Shown: one piece after another, positions 38,901-50,199 of the stretch
Position numbering within the stretch: the stretch's first letter is position 1
Layout of the letters: every line of letters begins with the position of its first letter
Source: Rhynchobatus australiae
Lineage: Eukaryota
Assembly (NCBI GenBank): GCA_034780895.1
Contig: JAUZTB010000068.1
Span: forward strand, 22,759,077-22,823,076
Length of the DNA: 64,000 bases
Direction: 5' to 3'
The notes under the pieces: model-generated
What the model was told of the DNA's origin: nothing
Databases searched by the model: none
What the model saw: the letters and a program-made list of their open reading frames with translations, nothing else
Translations under genes and position numbers: made by a program

Positions 38901-41900
38901 TGCACACCTACTTCTATTGATAACNNNNNNNNNNNNNNNNNNNNNNNNNNNNNNNNNNNNNNNNNNNNNNNNNNNNNNNNNNNNNNNNNNNNNNNNNNNN
39001 NNNNNNNNNNNNNNNNNNNNNNNNNNNNNNNNNNNNNNNNNNNNNNNNNNNNNNNNNNNNNNNNNNNNNNNNNNNNNNNNNNNNNNNNNNNNNNNNNNNN
39101 NNNNNNNNNNNNNNNNNNNNNNNNNNNNNNNNNNNNNNNNNNNNNNNNNNNNNNNNNNNNNNNNNNNNNNNNNNNNNNNNNNNNNNNNNNNNNNNNNNNN
39201 NNNNNNNNNNNNNNNNNNNNNNAGTCTAAAACCATTTTACAGTAGTATTAGGTTTTCTGATGGTTACAATCAAGAAGAACTCCAACAGTTTTTACTATAG
39301 CAGTGTGCAACTGATCAGCTTAGAAGGAGCAAAAGAGATCTAGTTTATGGTTCTCACCTCCACTGTCAAGAGTTGTTAAGAGTGAGGTTCTGGGAACCAT
39401 CAAAAACTGGAGTTTACCACCTTGATTTTATAATATACTAAGGGCATTGCTCGCAGCCACTAATTGACCATCATGTTAAAGGGAACTTTAACGGTGTATT
39501 GGTGACATATTATGGGAAATGGAACAATGGAAGTAATAGTGGTTAAAGCGATATCCTCCGTAAAGGCTCTGGAAATGAATAATGATCATGAATCAGATTT
39601 TTTTAATTCTAAACTGAGTAGTTTAGAATTAAAATGCCCTCATTTCACCTTTGCTGTGGAAAAAAACTCAAATCATCTCCTGGTATTTGTTTTATATTAA
39701 TAATTTATGTTTTGCTTAGATATTGATTTCAGCCACTAGTCTGTTAACTGTTTGTGTGTTCTATGTCACTAATGCATTCAAAGCTTTTGTTAAAGCATTG
39801 AAAAGCATCGCTGCTGAAAAGAACATGTTAGACGCGCTTCATATTCGATGTGAAGCGTTACAGATACCAAGGACTTGCTGCAACGGAGTTTAATGGGAAA
39901 TTTAGATATCACAGGTCTTAAATNNNNNNNNNNNNNNNTTAGATGATTTGCCTTTGAGTCCCAAGATTTAGGCTTTGTTTATTTGCTTCTCTTACGTCTG
40001 CTGGGCTTTTCTGTTGAGTGGTAAAATTCCGTCTAATCCATAAGGGGGAAGTGGCCCGTTTTCCCCTCTGTAATTAACAGCTTGCTAATAAAATCATGGG
40101 AATGTATGGTTGCAACATTTATGATTCCCGGGAAGTTGATTTTGTTAGCAGGTTGTTAATTACTAATTAAAACAGGCACACTTCTGCTTTTCATTTAAAG
40201 ACGAATTTGTTTCCACGTCTAATAGTTCATTGGCACCTCACTAAATCCTCTACCCACAAGCTTTATGACAGAATGTGATAATGGGTTAAAGTGAGGGTCC
40301 GCAGAATCCAAAGCGACTTTGCTTGAATATAAAATGTACAACACCTGGATTACTGGGGAATATTATGCCCAGATAATGTTGCTTACGTGTTGTATTTATA
40401 TACCGCCTTTGCACAACAAATCCTTTCAAAGTGCTTCACACAATGAATTGTGCGGCACATGGCGCAATTCATTGTTTGAATCTGGGATTCAAAGTTTTAA
40501 CATTACAAGCTGCCGCAAGTTATTTGTATCGTGGGATAGGCAACCGCCAAATAATAAATAAGACTGAATCCGACGGCTACTCTTATCACGCTGCCTCTCC
40601 CTTAGCACTTACAATCCCTACATTAGAACTGTGACAGCGCTTCCAGAGCACGTAATTGGCTGAAAAGTGATTTAGGGCATCCTGGGGCCATGTAAGTCGC
40701 CATATAAATGCAAATCTTTTTTTTACCACTGCGGCTTACTTAAGGCAGCGTTCCTCCTAACTGATGTGTGTCTGCTGTTGTGGGAGTGCCCTCACGCGAA
40801 GTTTAGAGCCTGATTTTTATGCTGTTAAGTTTAAAACGAACAATATCAGTTTCTCACACCACCAAGAACAGTCGTACTTTCTCGCCATTTCCTGGATACA
40901 AGTCGGCCCTGTCCCTGATTTTCAAAAGATGTTCCACATCCCTAAATTACAATTGTTTTTTTTGTAAGTCAGTGGCAGGGCACTACTGAGTAATAAATGG
41001 AAGCGTGCTTCACAAAGGATTGAAGTTAAAGTACATGTGGACCATTGAATTCACCTGGGCAGAAATGAAAGTCCCACCCAACATTCAGGAGATCAGACTG
41101 GATTTTCTTAACCTCTCACACTGAAATCTACGACACGTGTGTCCCGTTAGCCCCATGTGTTACCGCGAAGGTAAATCACACTTTTACTGTGACTTGTAAA
41201 GTGAGCGAAAGCCGCGTTAATCGATGCGAATAAAAAGATATAGATTGAAGTCAGAAAGACACGGCAAAACCAGAAAGCGAGCCTGAAGATAAACAAGCGC
41301 AAACATACAGTCACACTATTATTCAAATATATTTCACTCAACGGAAACTGTTTTCTTTACGAAAACCGTGCAGTGATTGCATATTTTGATAAAGTGGACA
41401 TCTACAAATCTCTAATTCAAAACCTGACAACACATCAGCCTCCAGTTAAAAAAAAACTTCAGCTGAGTTTTAAGGCGAGAGAAACTATTATTTCCTAATA
41501 AGTGTCAATCAAATTCCAGCCCGTGAAGTGTGCAAACTTACCATCTTCCCCAAGCGCTCTGCATCGTAATGAGAGTCCACTGTATGGAAGAGAACTTGCA
41601 AACCAAAGAAACCACTAAATAAGAGGGATAGATGCATCCACGGTGAGATTTGCGGGACTAATGGGAATTAAGGGCGATGTAAAACGTGTATGTGGGTCTA
41701 GAGTTATGGTGCCTTGCAAAGTACGATCTAACATTAAAATGCCCTAAATTAACATTAAAGGACGTGCTTGTGTTTATAAGAGACTTCCCCTGCAGCGGGG
41801 AGACCTGCGTTGAATGCTATTCTGCAATTCATAGAATTGGTAATTTGCTGTGGGGCGAAAAAAGACGTGAAGAGAAAAATAATCAAGCAGGACTGTAAAG

Positions 41901-42429
41901 CTGAAAGTGAATTCCCCTGAGCGTGGGGAGAAATAAGTATTAACCATAAAAATAAACAAATTAGAAACTTCTCTTTCAGTTATGTAGATGGATTGTTCCA
42001 GCAATAAACCAGATCTAATAATCTCGATTCTGATCGTTATAAATGTGGATGTATTAGAACAAATAACTCGTCTTTTTTTTTCATAATCGCTCTTTGCTGG
42101 TGTGGTGATTCCAGTTTTGTGTTTTGGACAGAACTCGTTTATTTTGCCACTCGGGTTCCCTGTAAGAATCGTTCGCTTTTACTTCCCCAAACCAGCAACA
42201 ATAATCGACTATGTACACAAAACAAAGCGAGAAACAATATTAAAGGTGGGTGTGAACGATTCCCAGTCGTGGTTCTTCTACTGAGAACACTTGCAGGCGG
42301 AGGTGAAAACAAATGCGGGATATCTTCACTGAGATCGTTTGTATTATCTCTGAGCAATGCCCAGCCATTTCCGCACTCTTTTATTGTTACTTTTTTTGTT
42401 AAATGAGGATCGCTGTGAGATTAGTTTCC

Positions 42430-42760
42430 CCACGTGGTAACAAATTGCAAAAACCCGAAAACAGTGGCCAATCAAGTGCCGACAGACGGGATCTGAAGCC
42501 CCAAATCATCACTGACTGGCCAATCGGCTGCTTCGCGTTGGACCAAACTCATGCCAATCAGCGGGAGTTCTCCAATCAACCCTGAGTGTTGGCGGAGGCG
42601 CCCTCTCGCCAATGAGGTGGAGCCGTCTGCTGACAAGAAAGGCGAGTCGCCAATCAGCAGCGAGGCGAGGAGCGAATTGGCTGTCAGTCAGACGGTGTGA
42701 GCCAATTGGGCAGGCGGGCGTGTTGTGCGATCCTTGCCCCCCTCCTGCTGCTACAGACTT
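42430..42760 (+). promoter_or_regulatory. POU3F1 proximal promoter (multi-CCAAT, TATA-less)
   Basis: CCAAT at 42468, 42520, 42554, 42572, 42609, 42650 and 42702. ATTGG at 42676 and 42705. E-box CACGTG at 42431. GC-box-like GGCGGAG at 42591 and GGCGGG at 42713. Lies 100-390 bp upstream of the ATG. Confidence 0.75.
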
Positions 42761-42817
42761 GGCTCCGCTAAAGCTGTGCAAAGTAGCTGCAACCTGATCA
42801 GTTTGGAAGTGCGAGTC

Positions 42818-43951
42818 ATGGCCACCACAGCTTCGGCTCATTACATTCCGAGGAATAACTCGCTCCACTCTAACTCTTTGGTGCATCCGGACTCTGACAG
42901 GATGCATCCAGGAACTACCTATAGAGAAGTTCAGAAAATGGTGCAAAATGACTACTTGCATGGGCTGGCCAGCAATGGGCACCCCATCACGCACAGCCAC
43001 CAGTGGCTGTCTTCTGTCACTGACGGGGCACCTTGGGTCACCGCTTCTCACCTCGGACAGCCAGACCCAGCAAAGGCCAATGTGCAGACAGCCAGGGATG
43101 ACCTTGGGAACAGCCTTCATCACCGAACACATCATATGGTCCATCAACAGACTCATGGCAACCACCCTGGCGGCGCCTGGGGGCCGACGGCAGCGCATCA
43201 CATCCCGGGAATGCCACCTTCGACCAATGGGCATCAGCCCCTCATCTACTCGCAGCCAGGATTCACCAGCCTCAACAGCATGCTGAGCCCACAAAACCAG
43301 TCTCTACACCATGGGATGACGGATGCTCTCCATGAAGATCCAGGTGGCCATGACAACCACCAGCAGCATCCTCCGCAGCATCACCAGGACCACTCGGATG
43401 AAGATGCGCCCACGTCTGATGACCTGGAGCACTTTGCAAAGCAGTTCAAACAAAGGAGGATCAAGCTCGGTTTCACCCAGGCGGACGTAGGCTTGGCGCT
43501 GGGCACTCTGTACGGCAATGTCTTTTCCCAGACCACCATCTGCAGGTTTGAAGCCTTGCAACTCAGCTTCAAGAACATGTGCAAACTGAAGCCCCTCTTG
43601 AACAAATGGCTGGAGGAGACTGACTCAACCTCAGGGAGCCCCACCAGCATAGACAAGATAGCTGCCCAAGGGAGGAAGAGAAAGAAGCGGACGTCCATTG
43701 AGATAGGAGTGAAGGGTGCTTTGGAGAACCACTTCTTAAAGTGCCCCAAGCCATCAGCTCATGAGATCACCAGCTTGGCTGACAGTCTGCAGTTAGAGAA
43801 AGAAGTGGTCAGAGTTTGGTTTTGTAACAGAAGACAAAAAGAAAAGCGGATGACCCCAGCCGGAATCCCCGGCCACCCAGGGATGGAGGATGTATATTCA
43901 CAAAGGGACACTCCGCCGCTTCATCACACACTGCAGTCCCCTGTTCAATGA
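42818..43951 (+). CDS. POU3F1: POU domain class 3 transcription factor 1 (Oct-6/SCIP), intronless, 377 aa
   Basis: POU-specific domain ([56 protein letters not shown]) and homeodomain ([25 protein letters not shown]). POU3F1-type features: [36 protein letters not shown] and C-terminal [13 protein letters not shown] at 42818 in GTCATGG Kozak context. The ORF track's start at 42725 is not an ATG. Confidence 0.95.
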   Translation: MATTASAHYIPRNNSLHSNSLVHPDSDRMHPGTTYREVQKMVQNDYLHGLASNGHPITHSHQWLSSVTDGAPWVTASHLGQPDPAKANVQTARDDLGNSLHHRTHHMVHQQTHGNHPGGAWGPTAAHHIPGMPPSTNGHQPLIYSQPGFTSLNSMLSPQNQSLHHGMTDALHEDPGGHDNHQQHPPQHHQDHSDEDAPTSDDLEHFAKQFKQRRIKLGFTQADVGLALGTLYGNVFSQTTICRFEALQLSFKNMCKLKPLLNKWLEETDSTSGSPTSIDKIAAQGRKRKKRTSIEIGVKGALENHFLKCPKPSAHEITSLADSLQLEKEVVRVWFCNRRQKEKRMTPAGIPGHPGMEDVYSQRDTPPLHHTLQSPVQ

Positions 43952-46600
43952 CTGTTCCAAACACACACCCACTTCCCACCAAGAAAAAAAGACTAAAAAA
44001 AAATTAAACTGGATTTTACAAAGCAAAAAAAAACTCTGAAAAAGGGATTTAGCCAGTGTTGCTGAGACTGTTTATTTAGCACTGGACTGTACTCATACTT
44101 AGGAAAGAGGGAGAACACACATTTCATGCATTTCTTGTGGTAAATCAAGTGGTTATTTTCCCCCTGCTGTAGAACAAAGCTTCCTGNNNNNNNNNNCCCC
44201 TCCCGTAATTAATTGACACGGATAATTTGCAAAAGTTGTAACAAAAAAAATAATCGTTTTCTCTGCTGAATTGTTTCAGGGGATTCCTTAAGGCAGCGGT
44301 TTCTCTAAAAGGGTAAGCAAGAGTTGGGTTTAAACAAAAAGTAAAGACAGCACCGAATTGTCCGCATACAGTCGCTGGCTTGTTAAATGAGACAGACCGC
44401 CGGTGGGAGAAAAACGTATATTTATTATCTTGAACAGCTCTGTCACGAATTTTATTAAAAACAAATATTTATATATAGTTCACCCTCAGAGGATGTGTCT
44501 TGTAAGTTATGGACGCCGGCAGATCAATTGTTTAGACTTTTATTTCTGTGATTTTAAATATTCAAATCGATTCATTGAGAAAATGGTTTGCCATCCCAAA
44601 CAAATCAATGTCAAACAAACATCAATTGTTTAAATCAAACCCTGATTTTGACCATACACTTACTTGCGAAATTTGCCCAGAAATTATGGAATAATTTTGT
44701 TTGTTAAATTGTTGAAAACTGAAAGGGAACTGTCAGTAAGGTTGAAGTTGGGAAGCTGTGCAAACGTTCATTGCCGATTCTGTTTAAAAAAATATCAGGC
44801 AAGTTAAGACAAGTTTGAGAAATCAAGGAAACTGACGTCAGTTAACAACTCTTTAAAAGGTGTCTTTAAATGCAAGGACGAGCGGAAACACGTGAGTGAA
44901 AATAATTGAAGAGTTGAAATGGTCCATTGCTGGTCATCCTTTTAAGTTTACCGTGTCGAAGGCGAAACAAGTTAAAAGGGGGAATGTTGGACCTTTTTTT
45001 GCGTGGAAATGCACTTAAATGAGTGAACTGATAATGCGTTGTGCGTTCATTTCGTTTGCTGGGGTTTTCTTTTACAATAATAATATAACTTTGATTGTTC
45101 TNNNNNNNNNNNNNNNNNNNNNNNNNNNNNNNNNNNNNNNNNNNNNNNNNNNNNNNNNNNNNNNNNNNNNNNNNNNNNNNNNNNNNNNNNNNNNNNNNNN
45201 NNNNNNNNNNNNNNNNNNNNNNNNNNNAAAAAAACTCAGGAACTAAGAACAGATTATGAAAAGAAAAACGCCTCATTCCCTGAGACGCGTTTTTATTGTC
45301 ACTCCAGACAGATATTTGAGCAGGAAAAAAATATAACGATTCATTTATAAGAAATGCTACCATTCCAAGTGGCAACATTGTTATGAATTTGCTACTAGAT
45401 GTAAAGGATAAGTAATGTTGGAATTCCCCTATCAAACAATGCCGTTTTATTTTCAGCTGAATTTATTCAAGCTAATTGACATTGTTCTTTTATCCATCAA
45501 CATCTAAGATACTGACCTTGTATATTTCCTCTGAAAAATAAATCACATAGACAATTGCCAAAATAAAGTGTACATTATACATGTTAGAATGTTTACAGAT
45601 CATCTAAAGAAAGGTAAAGAAGTTACACTTGGTGAGTGACTTGGTAAACATTACTTAGGACATGAAACAGTGAAAAAGTGGCTTGTTTAGTAATTGGAAA
45701 AATAATAATTGTTCTGCTTTTTTACTGTACCACTATGTAATATGTAAATATGTTGAATATGTTACATATGTATTTGTTTTTGGAATTTAATGATTTTCTG
45801 GATGATTTTTTTTGTATGCTTACTAATTCCCAGAGGATATTTTAATATAATTTCCATATGAATTTCCCCCTTGTATTTATTTCATAAACACGTATTTGAA
45901 ACTTTCTTTTTCCTGTAGCTCTCATTGGGGTTATGTTACAGCAATTCAAACAATGTTTGTTTTAGTACATNNNNNNNNNNNNNNNNNNNNNNNNNNNNNN
46001 NNNNNNNNNNNNNNNNNNNNNNNNNNNNNNNNNNNNNNNNNNNNNNNNNNNNNNNNNNNNNNNNNNNNNNTAGTACATTTTTGTTGTATCTTATAAAAGA
46101 CAGGCTGCAGAGTCATATTAATATTTTGTTATAGTAATATTTTATTACTTGCATAAAATGTATACACAGAACCCAACTGTGTCCTGCCTCTTTTCTAGGA
46201 GGTTGGGGAGGTGTTGACACCATGCTGGGTTTTGCTTGTTAATCCTTTCTGCTGTTGCCTGGATTGAATGTCACTTAAGCAAAAAAGCAGTGACAAGAAA
46301 TCATTAAAAGTGATGTAAGGTCAAACTAAAATTCTTGAATTTTAATAGTTGCCTGGTTTGTCAATTTTATTTCTTTATTTTGTGCATTCTAAGCATATTA
46401 GAACAATGCTCTCCAGACCACTGCGTATGTACTTGTTAAAATTCAGGAGAGAACATTATTTTTTAGAAAAGAAAAGTTTTTTTATTAATGGCCTGGTGAT
46501 GAATGAAAAGGCATGTGTTTATCACTGTTTTTTGTAGGACACCATGGACAGTTACAACATTGGATAAGGTGAAGTAATAAACAGGCCCTGGGAGCATTTT
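43952..46600 (+). other. Probable long AU-rich 3' UTR of POU3F1 (end uncertain)
   Basis: Repeat-free A/U-rich sequence after the stop codon. Pumilio element TGTAAATA at 45743-45750. Candidate poly(A) signals AATAAA at about 45537, about 45562 and 46576, and ATTAAA at about 46303. Confidence 0.4.
44830..44843. promoter_or_regulatory. Consensus CRE within a perfect 14-bp palindrome
   Basis: AACTGACGTCAGTT, with E-box CACGTG nearby at 44889-44894. Confidence 0.45.
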
Positions 46601-49600
46601 CCTTTAAGTAACTGTGCACCCTAAAATTTGTTTTGCTATAACATTATGGGTATATGTATTTAGTAGTTATTTTAATACTTGCTTTGCAGCATCAGCTGTA
46701 ATTGTGTAACAATAAGAAGGTCTGAACTTGAGAGGTGTGGCTATGTCAGATTTAGCAACACCTCTCAGCTATGCAGAGCCTTCTGTTACATCAGCCCATG
46801 AACTGGCCATATCTATTATCACAGTCAGTTATAGTTTTTATTTATAACTGCATTAACAAATTTGTGAATTAGTTTTGAAATCAATTTTAATCTAGTATCC
46901 TTGGTTTCTGAAGCCCTAGAGGTGGTCAGCTATCTCAACAGGCCCTATGATTCCTGTTCCGTACCCAGTAACCAAATAGTTTTTGCCACATAGTTTTTGC
47001 TCCATACCATCAGTAAGGTTTCTCACCTGGCCAAGATCAGTAGTAGTTTATCACCGGGGGTGGGGGTGGAGGCTGGAAACTTGAATCCTAATGTTAGCCA
47101 GAGCTGAGAATCAAAACCATTGCTTTCCATCCAAGTTGAGACAGTTCTAGTCCAGATGCTTTTTGAGAAGTGGGCTCTTGCCAGTTTCTGATTCAAATTT
47201 GCCTGAACCCTGGTTAAGACTGCTCAATGAATACAAATAAGTTTGCAACTGAAAAATCATCTCTTTTCTGGTTGCCAGAATATTGCTATCACTTATGAGT
47301 TTACCACCGCTGTCCTAGTCATGTTGTTAATTGAAAAGAACACTGTTTACCTTAATTTAAATAATAAGCTGGTTTCATAAAATAATTGAAAGTCAGCATA
47401 CCAGGATATCCTCACAGTGTTTTGGCAATGCACACCTAACATGAAAGGGGCCCTGTTGGACAGCTTAACTTCCTACTTGAGTTGTTTAAAGAAAATAGGG
47501 CTGCCAGAANNNNNNNNNNNNNNNNNNNNNNNNNNNNNNNNNNNNNNNNNNNNNNNNNNNNNNNNNNNNNNNNNNNNNNNNNNNNNNNNNNNNNNNNNNN
47601 NNNNNNNNNCAAACATGGTTCAAAAACATGTCATGAAAGAACATTAAGAACAGGCCAGAGGAAGGTCAAGGGACTTCAGTTAAACAAAGGAGATAGAGTC
47701 CTTCTCGCTAATAAAGGAGAGAGAGAGGGAATGTTCAAGTATCTTTATTATCTATGAGGGGCAATTAGTTTTTACTTCATTTAGATTTAATGTGAAAATT
47801 TTAAAGATAACTTTTCAATGAAAGACTTGTTTTAAATATTTTCTACTGTGAAGCATCTTGTTAAATGCTAGATATTATAAAATAGAATTAGACAAATTTA
47901 AGGACGCATGAATATTTGGATTGATTACACTCTAATCATTGAGGTTAATTGCTGAATTTATAGTGCTGAATTAAGATCATTAGTTGGAAAGAACTAAAGT
48001 ACCTTTAGACTTTCCCAAGTTCTGAATTTTTAGTAGGACACAATTATTGGCGATGACCAATAATTAGTGTTAAGGGCAGTGTGCTATCAGCTGTGTGTTT
48101 ATTATTAATCTAAGATCAAGTTTAACATCAATGTGGTTAGATCTGATTTGATCTAAAGCAATTGTATTTCCTCTGCATATGTACATACATTGTTCTTATC
48201 ACATTGTCTTGATAAAACGGATAAAAGGCCAGAATCCGATACCCCAATATATTGTTTAAAACCATTCTAATTGCATGTAATATAAATGAAATTTAACTTA
48301 TTTGTCATTGTAAATCTGTGGTGATTGTGAATCCTATCTGAGAATAGATTACAGTTAGCAATAACAAAGGGCTCTAATCAATTAAAAATTGCTGGAAAAT
48401 CCCCAACAAATAGTTCAACTGTGCCCCAGGCAATCTCATTGTTGTGACAGAAACAGAACCTCTTTTGTATAGCAAGGGAATAACAGACAGTGAAGCATAT
48501 TTTATTAATGAGTGGACACATCACCAAGACTCAGTGGTGAAATCAACTCATGTATCTTTCTTCCCTCAATTTTATATAGTGTTTGTCTCATTCCAAAACA
48601 AACCTGTGCAAATTAGAAATCTCTGCGTTAACTATAGCGTAATATTTGAAGTGAACTCACACAAGTGTTTTCAATTAAAACTATTAATTCATTTGATAAT
48701 AACCTTTGACCCATTTAAGAATTGTTGATGTCAATTTAAATATAGATTAAGCCCAAACTTTAAATATGGCACCAATTTAGGTTCAAACTGAGTTTTTTTT
48801 CAATTGGCTTGACTCTGAATATTTTCAAGTCAGCAGCTTATACTGTTCAGTAGGAAATAATAAGTTACATCAGATGAAAAAGTTGTTGCCGTGCCAAGTT
48901 TTAGACTATGTCATAGACTGACAATATATCAAAAAATTTAATGCTTTGAATCTGATTTCAAAATGCATAATATGGTTCATCTCAGGTCAATATACCTGGA
49001 ATCTTAGATTGTTGCCAGTTGTCTTTGTCCTATTTATCCATCATTCAGATTTAATATGGACAGAGAATAACTGCAATCTTATGCTTCCTAAACCATTGCA
49101 TTAACAAAATAATGAGGCAAGGTTCAGAACAATAAAATTCTACATCATACACCTTCATTTACACTTCAAATGAATAAATTAAAATGCAATATATACCACA
49201 ACATTAAAAGCATCATGGTTATGTTTTTCCCACCTGCACGGACATGCTCCATTTATNNNNNNNNNNNNNNNNNNNNNNNNNNNNNNNNNNNNNNNNNNNN
49301 NNNNNNNNNNNNNNNNNNNNNNNACATATATAAATAAGTATATTTCATACTTATTTCATTTACTATAGCAGACCATCTATTATACAGCACTAATGTAGGC
49401 AGATTGATTAAGATTTATAAACATCATATACTACCAAATAGAAATCTTTGTCGGTATACACTTCAAATATGAAATTGCCTCAACAGTAGAATATGAAACT
49501 ATAATCTCATAGACCATAGACTTTGTTGTGCTGTATAGAATTTCCCTGAAAGAACACCTGACACTTAGAATCAATTTCAGTCATAATTTTTCACAAACTC

Positions 49601-50156
49601 AAGACATGACTAGATTAAATACTAGACAACTGGCATTTTATTTGTAAATTATTTGAAAAAGATCTCCACCACAAATGAGATACCCATTGGTATCTTAACT
49701 TAGCATTTCAGGTGATGGCAGAAAACATAAAATTTAAGGACTTCTGGTTGGTGTATGGATTGGATCTTATCAGAAGAATTCATTTGCATGAAAAATTGGA
49801 GCAAAAACCATACAGATAGGTGAGTGGGATTTAAAACTATTTGATAAGACAAATGTAAGGACTAATTTCTTTTAACTTGTGGAACACTCAGCCAGCCAGT
49901 GTAATGACAAATGACATGGTGGAAGCATGCATAAAAAAAGAGAATGTGCTGATTCCTGATTGAACAGTAAACTGAGTGATACAGGCTTAGTAACAAGGCA
50001 GGAGGGAAATGAAAATGTTTGAATATTAATGCTACACCAGTAAGCAGAGAGCTTGCTTTGCTTGTCCACCGGGAGCTTGATTGCATTGTGCAACTAAAGA
50101 GCAAGGGGGGCTCAGATGTATATTTCCTTTCTTCCCCATTAAACTAGGATATATCA

Positions 50157-50157
<1 letters not shown>

Positions 50158-50194
<37 letters not shown>
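50158..50194. repeat. (AC)n microsatellite
   Basis: About 18 uninterrupted AC units. Confidence 0.95.

Positions 50195-50199
<5 letters not shown>

Larger units (their letters stand above)
39780..45300. promoter_or_regulatory. AT-rich CpG-retaining domain (putative non-methylated valley) spanning POU3F1
   Basis: CG dinucleotides are visibly much more frequent from about 39.8 to 45.3 kb than in the flanks, even in AT-rich stretches. Judged by eye, not computed. Confidence 0.6.

Noticed and set aside
40708-40715. Octamer ATGCAAAT upstream of the promoter
   Set aside because: Lies in an L2/SINE-type tail (CGCCATATAAATGCAAATCTTT), so it is probably repeat-derived. Exaptation cannot be shown from sequence.
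42612-42797. 61-aa upstream ORF
   Set aside because: Its ATG is part of a CCAATG box, probably upstream of the transcription start, so it is unlikely to be in the mRNA.
42725-42817. 31-aa N-terminal extension of POU3F1 in the ORF track
   Set aside because: Starts at a non-ATG codon. Homology begins at MATTA (42818), which has a good Kozak context.
42509-43294. 261-aa antisense ORF (and 122-aa ORF 43381-43749) overlapping POU3F1
   Set aside because: Shadow ORFs expected from the codon bias of a GC-rich CDS. No recognisable domain.
42818-43951. Alternative identity POU3F4 or POU3F2
   Set aside because: The SPTSIDK linker is shared, but the N-terminus (YIPR, YREVQK), EETDS, GVKGALE, SAHEIT and C-terminus are POU3F1-type.
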